NCBI GenBank assembly: GCA_002633005.1
Contig: NMRA01000170.1
Coordinates: forward strand, 565,007 to 629,006
Length of the DNA stretch: 64,000 nucleotides
Direction of reading: 5' to 3'
DNA from: Phoronis australis
Taxonomy: Eukaryota; Animalia; Phoronida
The translations under genes and the position numbers were made by a program. Shown piece by piece: positions 54,701 to 64,000 of this stretch (its first letter is position 1; each line of letters opens with the position of its first letter). Under the pieces are notes generated by a model that saw nothing but the letters and a program-made list of their open reading frames with translations, had not been told where the DNA came from and did no database searches.

Positions 54701-57700
54701 CACCTACAATTATTGCCATTTTGACAATGATACAAAACAATTACTTTATAGATCTGATAATAGCACAAAACAACCAATAGTTTCAAAATCGCCACAACTC
54801 TTTCAAGGAAACCTCTGGGCACTTACATAATGACTGATGAATACACAGTCACCATTTTCAAAATAAAGGCTGGCCTATAAAAAACATAACTTAAAAAATG
54901 TGTGGATATTTTTCGGAGAGAGGACGGGATGGGGTGGGGGAAGAACTATTGTAAGATATTAAACTATGTAACGCATTGTGTATAGCAACTCACATACCTG
55001 GTACTTACATTATAAAAGAATCCTTTGTTGTCATGTGTCCAAGTCATGCAGGAAAACTTTACTTTCTCAAGGACATCTGGCAGGTCTTCATTGTTGGCAA
55101 CTTTCTTGAACTGTTGAATTCAAAGAGGAAATCCCTTAAAAGGTTATACAAGACGCTAGAAAAATTTCCAAATTTGGCCAACATTGGAACATTGTAACTC
55201 AGAAATGGCCGACCAGACTCATATGAAACTTCCATAAGTTGTGCTTTATGTGCCGTCAAGAATTATTGTTTTTAAAATGGTCCACTTTTGCATGAAGAGC
55301 GATCAAAAATCGGACTTGCGTGATTTTCTGTGAATTAACTGTAACGTTGCATGTCTCAAAAACAAAAGAATTTAGAAAACTGTAACGGAATCTTTAAGAT
55401 TTAACCTTGAACAAATACATCAAATGAAATGATCATGTTATTCATAATGACACTGTTGTTTTGATATGAATGTACCTTTATTTTGGCTAAATCATGGCAC
55501 ATGACACAATTAATGGAAGATTGGTACTTAAGTAAAAAATCAAATTCTACTGTCTTTCTATTTCCAAAAAATATACTTTTAGTGAGATAAAGATTTCGAC
55601 ATTGATTGCATCACAGACGCACTACTGGCGAATTATACAAAGTTAATGAGTTAAAATCTATAGTTTTGTAGGTATCCAGATAAATGCATAAACTAGTCCA
55701 TGAAGTCCAACATAATCTTAACCAAAACATCTGTGAGTTAGGCTTATACAAGGTTGATATTAAAACTGCCAGAGAAGCTGCGCATTTAAAAATTGGGCTA
55801 GAAAATAGAAATAGCTGCACGGAATACTAGGTTTGCAGTTAATAGGCGACTTGTTACAGATCCCATGTCACCACGAAGTTGCCACGTCACACCCGAGTAT
55901 GCATTCAAAATACTACAGGATGTGAACACATAGAAGTCACAATCGCAAAAACCAGAAGGGTATGATTGCGCCCATATGTCTCAGATGAGCCTGTGTGCAG
56001 GACATTGGGCACTGAAAAGGGACGCAATTGATCACTACCAAGTACGCGATACACTCCCAATTTTCTTTTAGAGAAAAGAAACCTATTCGTGCTGACATCT
56101 ACCATGTTTATAGCCAATTTTTTATGCAACCTCAGTTTTTGTTTCACGATCTGGAAATTTGCCAATTCGCAGTAAGCATTGAGCCCTGTTTTGATTGAGT
56201 ATTCATTGAATCTTAGTAACACTATGGTAAAACGATAGTGATGCTTTTAGTGAGATTCAAATTTCTGTACACAAAGATGCTGCCAATTTTTTTATGCAAT
56301 GAAAAAATAGCTGTACATCTAAAAGATATTTAAACATAAAAATAACAAAATTTGGAGATAAGGAAATAAGAACTAAAAGGTGTGAGATAATAATTCTATT
56401 TTCAAAATGTAAAACTGCAGCATTTGAACACCATTTTACCTTTACAGTTTTCCAGTCTGATCCCTTGTCACTGAGACCATAAGCAAAATATTCACCATCT
56501 TCGGAGAAAGAGCGTCCACTTAAAGATATGGTTCCGTCTTCAGAGAGCTGGTTAGGATCCAGGAATACTCTGGCATCCCCATCTAAAGAGTCTTGCACAT
56601 ACATCACACTGCAATATAGTATGTCAAACATACATCACACTGCAATATAGTATGTCAAACATACATCACACTGCAATATAGAATGTCAAAACTGAGCAGC
56701 GAATGCCACCTACTGGAGTTCTTGCACATACATCATGCAACAACATAGTGCGCCATACATAAATCACACTGCGATATAGTGTGTCAAAAGTGAGAATTGA
56801 ATGCCAGCTACCTGAGTCGTGTTCATTTTTGTAAACATAAGACGAAAAGCTTTTTATTTATTCATGACAAATATCGCTTAAAAGTGATTTTGAAAAAAAA
56901 ATAATTTAGGTTAAAAACAAATATAAAAGCAAAAAATCAAGAAATTGAATTTGTATTTCGTAAAGTTGACATGATATGACACTTTCAAGTAAAAGGATTT
57001 CAGGGAAGTTAGTCTTGAGCTGTTTTGCATTGAATCAATGAAATGGACTTTTAATGAGGTCACATGAAAATCACAGCCACACTGCATAGAAACTTTCCGT
57101 TTGTCTGATTGACAGTGTCCATATTTTGACTGACCATTACAGTCACTTAATGGGGTTCAACATACAGTTAACATTACCTTTTTGATCTCGATTTTGAGGT
57201 TTGTGGAATAGTCACGGAGTAGTATGTTTATTAAATATCTCACAGTGCACATTAATTAGACTAAAGCATAACATCTGAAGCAACCTTGCCTTTGGTTTTG
57301 CAGTCCCGTGTTGTAGTGGTAAAAGTACCTAGGACCTCTCTTGTAGGGACAGCTATATTTTGGGTAATCCCATAACTCTGTCAACCTGAAAATAAACAAA
57401 ACCGGAATTTGTTGAATTTTGTGATGTTTTTAACTCATACGTCTGCTTAATGTCTTATGACTATAATAGCAAGAGTACCATATTGTGACACTACAACAGT
57501 ACGCTTGTCAACCGCAGTACAGTCACACTGTCACAATCCACATTTGGAAGGACGGTAAAATCTCACCAATTTATGGCTGACAAGAGGATTTTTATTTCTT
57601 CGTTTTTTCATGAAACAGAATTAGCGCCAACCAAATGATACAAAATGCTACACCATGGCTACCGTCAGACAATGTCTGAGAAACTGTGGCCATTCACAAT

Positions 57701-60700
57701 CAACAAAAGGCTTTGAAAAGTGGAAAACGTTGGCAATTAATTTTGTACGAAATTGGCGAGATAGACCATATATTGCTTACAAAAAATGAAGCTAGGAAGT
57801 TTTATCAACTTGGGGGCTCGATGGTTATGCACTCAGTAAGAATAGCATTAGATGAGAGCTGCCACGATTCATCGAAAGGTCTGCCTTAGATCGGCAATGC
57901 GACGACTCATCAGACGCCTGCACTCTCTGTGTGCATTCTACGAATTATTATCTCTGCTACAAGCTTCCAGTTCACACCACCGCCAATCTTTTGAAAAGTT
58001 ACAGGTGAATACCACAATAGTTGAAACCTCTGCAAAAAGAAAACTCCGGCCAATTGTAGCAATTCTTTACAAATGAAATTGGCGAGATTTAGAGTTACAT
58101 GCCTCTTGTTCAAAGTTTCCTTATGAGGGTAACCGTTGAGGTAAGGTTCCGTTATGTTGTTTTGGGCATCAACAAATGCCTTGGTTTCCGCGGCATCTGG
58201 ATCTTCCAACCATCGGTAAGGATCACACACCTGAAAAGGGAAAACCATGAGTCAGATGAAACAAGTACTTATTAAAGGTTTATTTCTCAACGTGTTGATT
58301 GGAGGAAAATGATTCACCTGCAGCAGCTAAAGAACAGCAGAGAAAGACGACTTGACTTGTTCTGGCAAATCCCCAATCCTTCTGGATACGAAGCTGAGAT
58401 GACCAAACAAGCAAAAGCAGAGGTGGTTATGGATAATCTTTGTGGACAGTAATTTGAACTAAATATCAAGCTTCAATAGCACATGAATGCGGCCTACATG
58501 GCTATGGATTTCTGCAATCTGCCTCAGGAAGAGCTTAATGACTGTAAATACACAAGAAGGTTCTTATGAATTTAAAATCAGGTGTTTTCTACAACAGGCA
58601 TGACCTGTGTGGTCAGCACAAGTCCGATGCAACTCAGGCATCTATGCCAGGTTGCATAAAATAGTCCCAAATAGGATTCAAATAAGTTCCATAAATCTTT
58701 TGCGGACTTGTGTCCATCTTTATTCACAAGTGTTATATTGTTCCATCATTTTATGTTTATTATGAGTTTCTCTTTGACTAATGACATTTTATAATTATAG
58801 AACTAAAAAATGAGCCCTTTGTTGAGTCATAAAAATAAGGGACATAAATTAGGGGCGTTGCATGAAAAGATCCAGCTTACTTTCAATAACATTGAGAATT
58901 CAACATAGAGTTCACTCTTGATTTGTATCAAAGCCAAAAATTGACTTAGCTCAGTGATGAAGCTCAAAAAGCATAAGAAATAAGTGTTACAGTGTTTTCA
59001 CAAGCCCACAAAAACGCAGTAGATTTAAGGAACTTAGAAGAGTCCGAACTTTTAAAATTAGCGCGTAAGTAATTAACGACATATCTATCCAATCCAACGT
59101 TTCGGTTTATTTCATTAAACCATTCTCAAGGAAGCAGTTACAAACACAAAACAAGCGGCACAGGTAGATAAGAGACTGTACAGCACATCAAAATGCATTG
59201 TGACGGGGAGAGACCAGAAATCAAGTAGTAGAGTCCCTATTTGGGAGTGTTTTACGTAACCAGGCACTGACCTCCAGCAATGTATTATACAGCAAAACAG
59301 TTGTGCATGAGCGACACACCTTGAAATGATATTCCATGCACTCACTATGATCATACTTTATTCAGTGTAAACTGGAGTTTACAAATCTGTCTATAAGCAA
59401 AACTTAATTTTTGGAAAAATCAGAAAATCGGCAAAAATTGGGCCACAAGGATGTCATTTTGAGAGGAGTCGGCGTGACTTAGTGGGATAAGTGTCCGCTT
59501 AATTTACTCAAAGTCGTGGGTTCGAGTGCCAGGGCACACTGTTAGATCATTAAGTCAGGTCTCCAGCTCCTCACACTGATTTTAACTATAGTTTCATAAA
59601 GCATAAAAACGGTTCCAGGTAAACAGTGCAGTGGACCCACCTGGAGACCTGCGCACCTACCGTACGTGTATTAGACCACATGCAACTATATTTTTAAGAC
59701 TTATTGCCAGGTTGTGTTAACCAGGAATGTAGTTCTACAGGGCCATCAACACAGCTGTAATCGACTAGAAGACAACAGTTAGCGCAAATGTTTTTTGTGC
59801 ACTAGTATATGTTTTTTTTTAGATAAACTTTAAAAACAACATATTTAACATTGAAAAGTAGGCATAGTTTGACTAAAAGAAAAGAAAGTCATTTGCCACT
59901 AAAAATGTTAAAAAAGATAAAACTTGCGAAAACAACTTTGAACACTTCGGTTATATTGGGTTTTTAGGTCTAAGAAAACGCATTCCTTCATCCATAAGCA
60001 AACGAGCTCACGAAAGCAGGAATTGACATTATCACTTCACACTACTGGGAAATTCCAAAAAAAAAATTTTGGATTGCAACCACATCCAGTCCTTTCTTGG
60101 AAACATAATTGACTTTCTTAGAAAAGGAACAGACTTATAAGTTCAGCAGTAATCATTACATTTTGTGCATGAAACTACACAGTACATAAACAGGTGTCAC
60201 TTTCGAAACATTTTCAGAATTCATAGACAAGAATGATGCACGAGAAGCCCATTAAATCATGTGCATGAAACTACACAGTACAGGCAGGCCTTCATGCAGC
60301 GTAGGTCCTGGACGCCCTAGCACTAATGTAGACGCCCAATGTATCATTTGGACGCCCTGTCAATCAGAATTCTCCAGTTTGGACACCCACATTGAAAGAT
60401 TACTAAGACTCCCAGTTAATCAAAGCGGGAAGTTGGCCCTTTCAACTGGGAAAGAAATGTACAAAGTATTTAAAATGTTGCAATATTCAAACTACTTTCA
60501 AACTATTTGGTAGACATGTCAATCATTAGCACGTGGTTGGTTGCCAGAGTGTCTGCTTTCAATAGACTAACATGCCACTGCCATTTTGTACCTTATATAG
60601 GGACATGGACCTTGCTTAACTCCAAACTGGTATTTCAGAGCTGTAATTTCATGTACTTCATCTTTTTTTAAAAGTATTAAAAGCAAAATAAATGTCATTA

Positions 60701-62277
60701 TTTTAATAATATGATGTGCCGCAAGAATATCCCCATTTAAAATGTTTGAGTTTTCGCATGTTTCATGCTTTTCTATGTGCGTCTAAAATGGAGCAGCAGT
60801 GACACCTGTTGTCAAAATATAAACCACACATCATCTGTGCATTTTTCTTTTGTTGGTAACTGCAGCTTTGATGACTCATTGTACAGAATATTAAAGCTAG
60901 TGAAGTTGATATAATAAACTTTATAACAGAATTTGACTTGAGATGACCAAAAACAGTGCACTCATCGTTCAACCAATATCTGTAATATCTGTAATAACCG
61001 TTTGGTAAGCTATTTGGCTGTTTTCATAAATTTAAACATAAAAGTCTTGATCAACAGTTTTTTAGTACTTAAAAAAGTCCAATACAAGGGAGCTGTTTTT
61101 GTAAACTTAGGTGTAAAAGCCTTGTTCAACGCATTTTTGTAAAAAAACCTCACTGTGTGTGTTGGGGAGGGGGGGTAATGCGGCGTTGGAATCATGGATG
61201 CCCTGGAATATTGGGAACCCCATTTTGGACACCCTATGTTCGAAATCCTAGATGAAGCCCTGAGTACAGGTGCCACTTTTGACATACTTTTAGAATTCAT
61301 GGAGAAAAATTATGCACAACAAGAACCCCACACTTGACTTTTTTGATTTTTGATGCTTTTAGCTAAATCAAATCTATCCACTGGCAGATAAAGGGATCAC
61401 AGTTCAATAACAGTTTACTGGGTTCCTGGTTCTAAGCATGTAATGTGCCGTGGAATGGACAATACAATAATTTTTCAAAATTCACAAAAATAATTGTCAA
61501 AAACTATTGTTTTTTCTGGCTGACTACCTTCCGAAAAATAGTCGAAACACCAGAAAATGTCGTTTCATTGCACCTGTACAGAACAAACTTAGCTAAAAAT
61601 AAAGTAATTTTTAATGTTTATTTTTGCTGAAAAAATAGGTAAAAATGGAAAATCCATGCCTGTCCTATCGTGTGTTTCAAGTGAAGAGTTATCGTAAGCA
61701 GTGCATAGATCAACATAACGCGCAGAACATAATATAACTTGCCTCGTTATGCCATACTGCACCAAAATGAAGTTCATGCAGTAACTGTATTATGCTGTAA
61801 AATTTATCAAACTTTTTTGGCATGCAATGGAAAGAACTGAGTTCTGTTCAACAGTCATGCACACCATGATGACACTTATTTTAAAAAAACCAACTGCTAT
61901 CGTGATTCACAATAAAGCCAAAGGGCAAATCCCTCTTGGTGGACCTGGCTTGTAAAAATATTTAACGGTCCGTTGCCTGATCAATAATTCACAATTGTCA
62001 TTTCGACAATCACACGAGCTAACACTGTTGAGTTTGACCATGGACCAAACCTGTAATAAATTTTGATAATTTAGAGTGATTCACAGTGACGACAGGGTTT
62101 TACCATTTGCCTGTCATAGCAACATGTTGCCTGCCTGAGCACGAGTCTGCCAACTCAAGACTTTATAGAACCGACTAGTCGGGAAACATGCTGAAAATTT
62201 ACAAAAATAACCTTATTTCCATGATAATCATCGAACACAGACTCGTCTCTTCGTGCTTTAGGATATTGAAATTTCAT
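39780..62277 (-). CDS. PREP: Prolyl endopeptidase (prolyl oligopeptidase, S9A), 710 aa, 20 exons: 62277-62212, 58230-58103, 57385-57290, 56608-56440, 55110-55009, 54491-54349, 53825-53710, 53478-53429, 52425-52330, 51708-51604, 50451-50347, 49769-49689, 48850-48737, 47400-47252, 46774-46658, 44884-44789, 43700-43599, 42774-42615, 40606-40538, 39848-39780
   Basis: Exons sum to 2133 nt in one frame. N-terminus [34 protein letters not shown]; motifs [27 protein letters not shown]. The catalytic triad motifs GGSNGG (Ser), DHDDRV (Asp) and GHGAGKP (His) are intact. An in-frame stop lies upstream of the ATG. Introns 2 and 3 are GC-AG, all others GT-AG. Confidence 0.97.
40651..41921 (-). mobile_element. 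5'-truncated L1/Tx1-type LINE inserted in PREP intron 18, with poly-A tail and 15-bp target-site duplication
   Basis: Uninterrupted ORF2 C-terminus (KLTWIRRF..., [23 protein letters not shown]...[10 protein letters not shown] zf-RVT motif) ending at 40776. AATAAA at 40695-40700 and an A-tail at ~40664-40685. Flanked by aatgtcccatttctt at 40651-40665 and 41907-41921. Confidence 0.93.
44053..44435. mobile_element. MITE-like element in PREP intron 16
   Basis: Inverted ends tgtacccacgatc(g)ac ... gttgatcgtgggtaca. Confidence 0.55.
47105..47274 (-). repeat. ~76-bp tandem repeat spanning the PREP exon 14 donor site
   Basis: ccccgaatgttggccag...acagcattgt...tacacattcacagata is repeated ~2.3 times. 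The first copy includes the exon end (ANIRGG) and the GTATGT donor. Confidence 0.9.
50084..50277. repeat. 45-bp minisatellite (~4 units), ~70 bp from the PREP exon 11 donor
   Basis: Unit cctcagaacatactgagctcggctaggaatggatcctcaacagga. Confidence 0.95.
51725..52135. repeat. 17-bp minisatellite abutting the PREP exon 10 acceptor
   Basis: Unit gcagtgatgagcaaggt, with a perfect core at ~51850-51925 and degenerate flanks. It explains the His/Cys-rich spurious ORFs there. Confidence 0.92.
53543..53753 (-). repeat. ~63-66-bp tandem repeat spanning the PREP exon 7 donor site
   Basis: cacag(t/c)aataaaactatt...at(c/t)gat..catttggcag.gac is repeated ~3.2 times. The first copy is the exon end ([13 protein letters not shown]) plus the GTATGC donor. 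Confidence 0.88.
56597..56790 (-). repeat. 31-bp tandem repeat spanning the PREP exon 4 acceptor site
   Basis: acatacatcacactgcaatatagtatgtcaa x3, plus degenerate copies at 56720-56790. Each of the three units contains TATATTGCAG|TGTGATGTATGT. Confidence 0.92.
58645..59269. mobile_element. MITE family A copy whose right TIR is interrupted by a ~190-bp insertion
   Basis: Left TIR tgccaggttgcataaaatagtcccaaatagg. The right TIR is split into agatttaaggaacttag (~59020-59037) and gagtccctatttgggagtgtttt...aaccaggcactg (59231-59269). agagtcc is duplicated on both sides of the insert. Confidence 0.8.
59093..59133 (-). ncRNA. Penelope-type minimal hammerhead ribozyme motif (variant core)
   Basis: Minus strand UCC-UUGAGAA-U-GGUUUA(augaaa)UAAACC-GAAACGUU-GGA: 3-bp stem I, 6-bp stem II, GAAA, palindromic stem III. 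Confidence 0.5.
59465..59540 (+). mobile_element. tRNA-derived SINE head
   Basis: A-box-like TGACTTAGTGG and B-box-like GGTTCGAGTGCC at tRNA spacing. No complete cloverleaf. Confidence 0.5.
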
Positions 62278-62580
62278 GTTCAGACAGTGAATAAGCCAAG
62301 TACAACGCTGTCAGGACAATGCCAAATTCCCAGATACTATCACAATGCTCTATTCAAAGAGGCTTGACCCACAAACGTAATGATTGAAAGCTTGGTTTAA
62401 GTTGGTTCAAATGTTTCGGTAATAAAGATATAAAATGAAATTTATTATTACTTTTTTACTACAATCAAAAGTTATTAAGTATTAGTTACACAAAAAATTC
62501 AAATATACTACTTTAAAATGATATGTACATTATCACTTTGAAATAGTTTTCGTTTTGTAATGTTGACCTTTTTAAGTCGA

Positions 62581-62725
62581 CCCCCGCGTGACGTCAGGGA
62601 TACAGTTTCTAAAAATAGGTTGGCAGCAACAAAGCAGGGTATAAAATGCGACGTGATGGTGTGATCTGATCCAAATATAAACAAATTGCTTATTCCCCGG
62701 TGCTTTGAAGTCCTGCCAGGTGAGT
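62581..62725. promoter_or_regulatory. Promoter region upstream of PREP: CRE palindrome, plus-strand TATA box and splice donor
   Basis: TGACGTCA at 62589-62596, TATAAAA at 62640-62646, and CAG|GTGAGT at 62720. Confidence 0.4.
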
Positions 62726-63537
62726 TTACGAGACGCAGCTCAAACGATAGTTTGCTCTAACAACTAGCAATGTGGCCTAAGATCCTCAAAACACTCGTTT
62801 TATTTTGTGAATTCGTGGCTCAAAGTTTGTTCGCACACACGACTACCCTCACGGTTGATATCGATTTTGCGTCGCCAGTGATGTGTCGACAAAGGCAGCA
62901 GTAATAGATGAACAAATGACTGAAAATTTATGTTATACACTTGCTCCATATGGAACATCTTGCAGTTGAACTGTACAATACTAACGCTCTTCTTCTGCCT
63001 GATGGTGTTCTGTGGCAGTCACCAGTATCTCGCATAGCACACTACTCAACTATTTGATCATGCTATGAAGTGATGCTGGATTATGAGTATGTATCTAGAT
63101 AAATAAACAAAATTCAATAAATTAGCTGAATGAAGGCGCCTGATGGGGCCATGACAGATTCGCATACTAATGTGTTCCACATTTTTGCTGTTGACGCAAA
63201 GAGCTAGCAGGAAGGTGTCTACCCTCAACTGACAGGTACGTAATAGTCGTAATAAACTTTTGCAGGTATCTGGGTGTAGTTGTCCTGGAAAATTTTAATT
63301 GAGGTAGCCAGTTTAACTAGTTTACCAATTTACTGGGAGTTTTGTATATTAGCTTTATGAGTCTAGAGGGCCGCCTTGTCTCTTCTAGGGACTTCTGGCT
63401 AAGTCTAGTCTAGTAATCTTTTCAGAGACATTAGGATTCTTTAAATTCCTCCAGTTTTTAATGTACCTTTGTACTATTTCTAGCTTGCGGGTGTTTGGGC
63501 TTGTATTGTTTGTGAACGCCAGACCTCACAATCTGGT

Positions 63538-63682
63538 GCAAGGGCGGCGCACCATAGGAGGCTGGGAGGCTATAGCCCCCACTTTTTTCAGTGCTGCACC
63601 ACCCATGGTCTATAGGCGGCGCACCACAAGGGAGCTGGAGGGGCTTTAGCCCGCCACTTTTTTCAGTGCTGCGCCGCCCGTG
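63538..63682. mobile_element. Small GC-rich MITE-like element with an internal duplication
   Basis: Two copies of ggcggcgcacca...tagccc..cacttttttcagtgctgc, with inverted ends gggcggcgca / tgcgccgccc. Confidence 0.6.
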
Positions 63683-64000
63683 TAGTGTAGCATGGCTATG
63701 ATCTTTGGAGAGTTAGATGTCAGATTTGGCTAATATTTGGTCACTTTGCAAATTATGATCCTCTGTTACGACATATAATTGGTAGGCCTACAATCCCTAT
63801 ATAGCTTTCCTGTGGGCCAGTTTACTCAAAGGTATTTCTTTGTGGTTTTAATCTTTCACATCGAAATCAAGGGACATTTGCTTATATGCCTTGGATCCCC
63901 AGTTGAACCAACAACAAGATTTGGAATTCAGAGAGCTGGTCAGACTTACTTACAGCATGCAATTAGGATTCTTTATTGAAAAAATCAATTAATAGCTAAC

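Noticed and set aside
56639-57285. All-canonical alternative for PREP intron 3 (GT donor 5 nt downstream plus the second repeated acceptor, net +36 nt)
   Set aside because: It introduces an immediate in-frame TGA, so the GC donor is required.
16-62277. Functional cluster of proline-processing enzymes (P4HA, PREP) around extracellular-matrix genes
   Set aside because: P4HA acts in the ER and PREP is cytosolic. Adjacency alone is not evidence without conserved synteny or co-expression.

Overview
AT-rich, intron-rich animal genomic DNA. The gene content suggests a marine invertebrate, probably a lophotrochozoan, but the species cannot be determined from the sequence. Most entries in the ORF track are spurious; the real genes are spliced and were rebuilt by hand from splice sites and reading frame. 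(1) The last two coding exons of a prolyl 4-hydroxylase alpha subunit (+, 16-1105). (2) A 12-exon secreted Pif/LamG3-like matrix protein (-, 15899-2644, ~715 aa): signal peptide, 2 chitin-binding type-2 domains, 4 reduced-cysteine chitin-binding-like modules with Thr/Lys/Arg-rich linkers (three from a recent ~970-bp tandem exon triplication), and a C-terminal LamG domain. (3) A 3-exon type II membrane protein with 4 LDL-receptor class A repeats (+, 20920-26924, ~297 aa), with a decayed copy of its exon 2 at ~34 kb. (4) A complete 20-exon prolyl endopeptidase (PREP; -, 62277-39780, 710 aa). The remainder holds LINE fragments (one with poly-A tail and a 15-bp target-site duplication), several MITE families, tRNA-like repeat heads and minisatellites. 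The most unusual observations are tandem repeats that copy the exon-intron junction itself at three PREP exons, two consecutive GC-AG introns in PREP, Penelope-type minimal hammerhead-ribozyme motifs, and an orphan signal-peptide exon lying head-to-head with the LDLa gene.
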